Assembly (NCBI GenBank): GCA_024704765.1
Contig: JAKMXF010000055.1
Location: 885,264-949,263 of the forward strand
DNA: 64,000 nt
Direction of reading: 5' to 3'
From: Oopsacas minuta
Lineage: Eukaryota > Animalia > Porifera
Shown piece by piece: positions 63,470-64,000 of this stretch. How positions within the stretch are numbered: the first letter of the stretch is position 1; every line of letters starts with the position of its first letter. A program made the position numbers and the translations under genes. The notes below the pieces were generated by a model that worked only from the letters and a program-made list of their open reading frames with translations, was not told the DNA's origin and searched no databases.

Positions 63470-64000
63470 ATCCAACAGCCCTAAAGTTGTACTTGAGGAA
63501 CAAGAGCTTCTCTATCACCTCCGAAAGCAAACGATTCCATATCCCTTCGAAATCTTGCTAGCCACTTTGAGCACTCGCTCACGTGAAACTGATCCACAAG
63601 GTGAACAAAAAATCGAAATGCAAGTATCAACAATCGTTAATATATTTCCAAATGAATTCCCCAGTACTACAATGGATCCAAATCTTTAGATATACTCTTT
63701 CCAGCATAATAGAGCAATAATTCTGCACTGATTTGGCTTGGAAGCATGTCAATTTTACAGATAGAATTCGAACTAACTATCGCTTTTGTCATCAGAGTCA
63801 TTTAAAATTTGATCCCACCACTGTTAGCGTTTGATTTTGACTCAGTTTGAAAATCTCTCCCCACTGTTCTCACTTTATCCATATTGAATACCAAAATACA
63901 CTCTCTTTTCTTTGCCTTTTCAGCTTTCTCTTTGGCAATAAAAGCCACACATTTTATATCTTGGATCAAAGATAGTAGCTATTGCATGCACATCAATATT
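63470..64000 (-). pseudogene. hAT (Ac/ZBED-like) transposase C-terminal relic, running off the window
   Basis: Minus strand DPRYK (about 63960), DPL*YW, SPCGSVSRERV..VA and IEKLLFLK (hAT dimerisation domain). Confidence 0.7.

Noticed and set aside
1-64000. CRISPR array, rRNA or tRNA genes, prokaryotic operons
   Set aside because: No regularly spaced repeat-spacer array or structured RNA gene was recognised; spliceosomal introns and eukaryotic TE families show the DNA is eukaryotic.

Overview
AT-rich animal (non-vertebrate-looking) genomic DNA, species not determinable here. The backbone is the 5' part of a huntingtin (HTT) gene on the minus strand. It is present as five small exons (58483-58557, 33861-33981, 20010-20069, 8904-8983, 127-193), none visible as a sensible ORF. 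They splice into one 134-codon frame that aligns without gaps to the N-terminal HEAT region of HTT. The 8.7-24.5 kb introns are a graveyard of cut-and-paste DNA transposons: three copies of one DD34D mariner, a DD37D maT, a DD37E-like Tc1, pogo/Tigger, two Chapaev3-like elements, a Myb-only Harbinger, several hAT relics and MITEs, and a THAP/P-element relic. Four items stand out. (1) A 2,982-bp RAG1-like (Transib-type) transposon at 45314-48295 has the exact RSS heptamer CACAGTG at both ends, a 5-bp TSD, length-asymmetric ends, an NBD-like region and only one 1-nt frameshift. (2) It is nested in a pogo element that is nested in a Chapaev3 element. (3) A second, decayed RAG1-like element with a CTT*-like C-terminal zinc knuckle lies at about 30311-32860. 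(4) A 1.9-kb foldback element with 901-bp near-perfect inverted arms is inserted in a mariner at 1637-3570. All protein alignments were made by eye from remembered family motifs; no database search was run. Most short ORFs in the supplied track are antisense or spurious.
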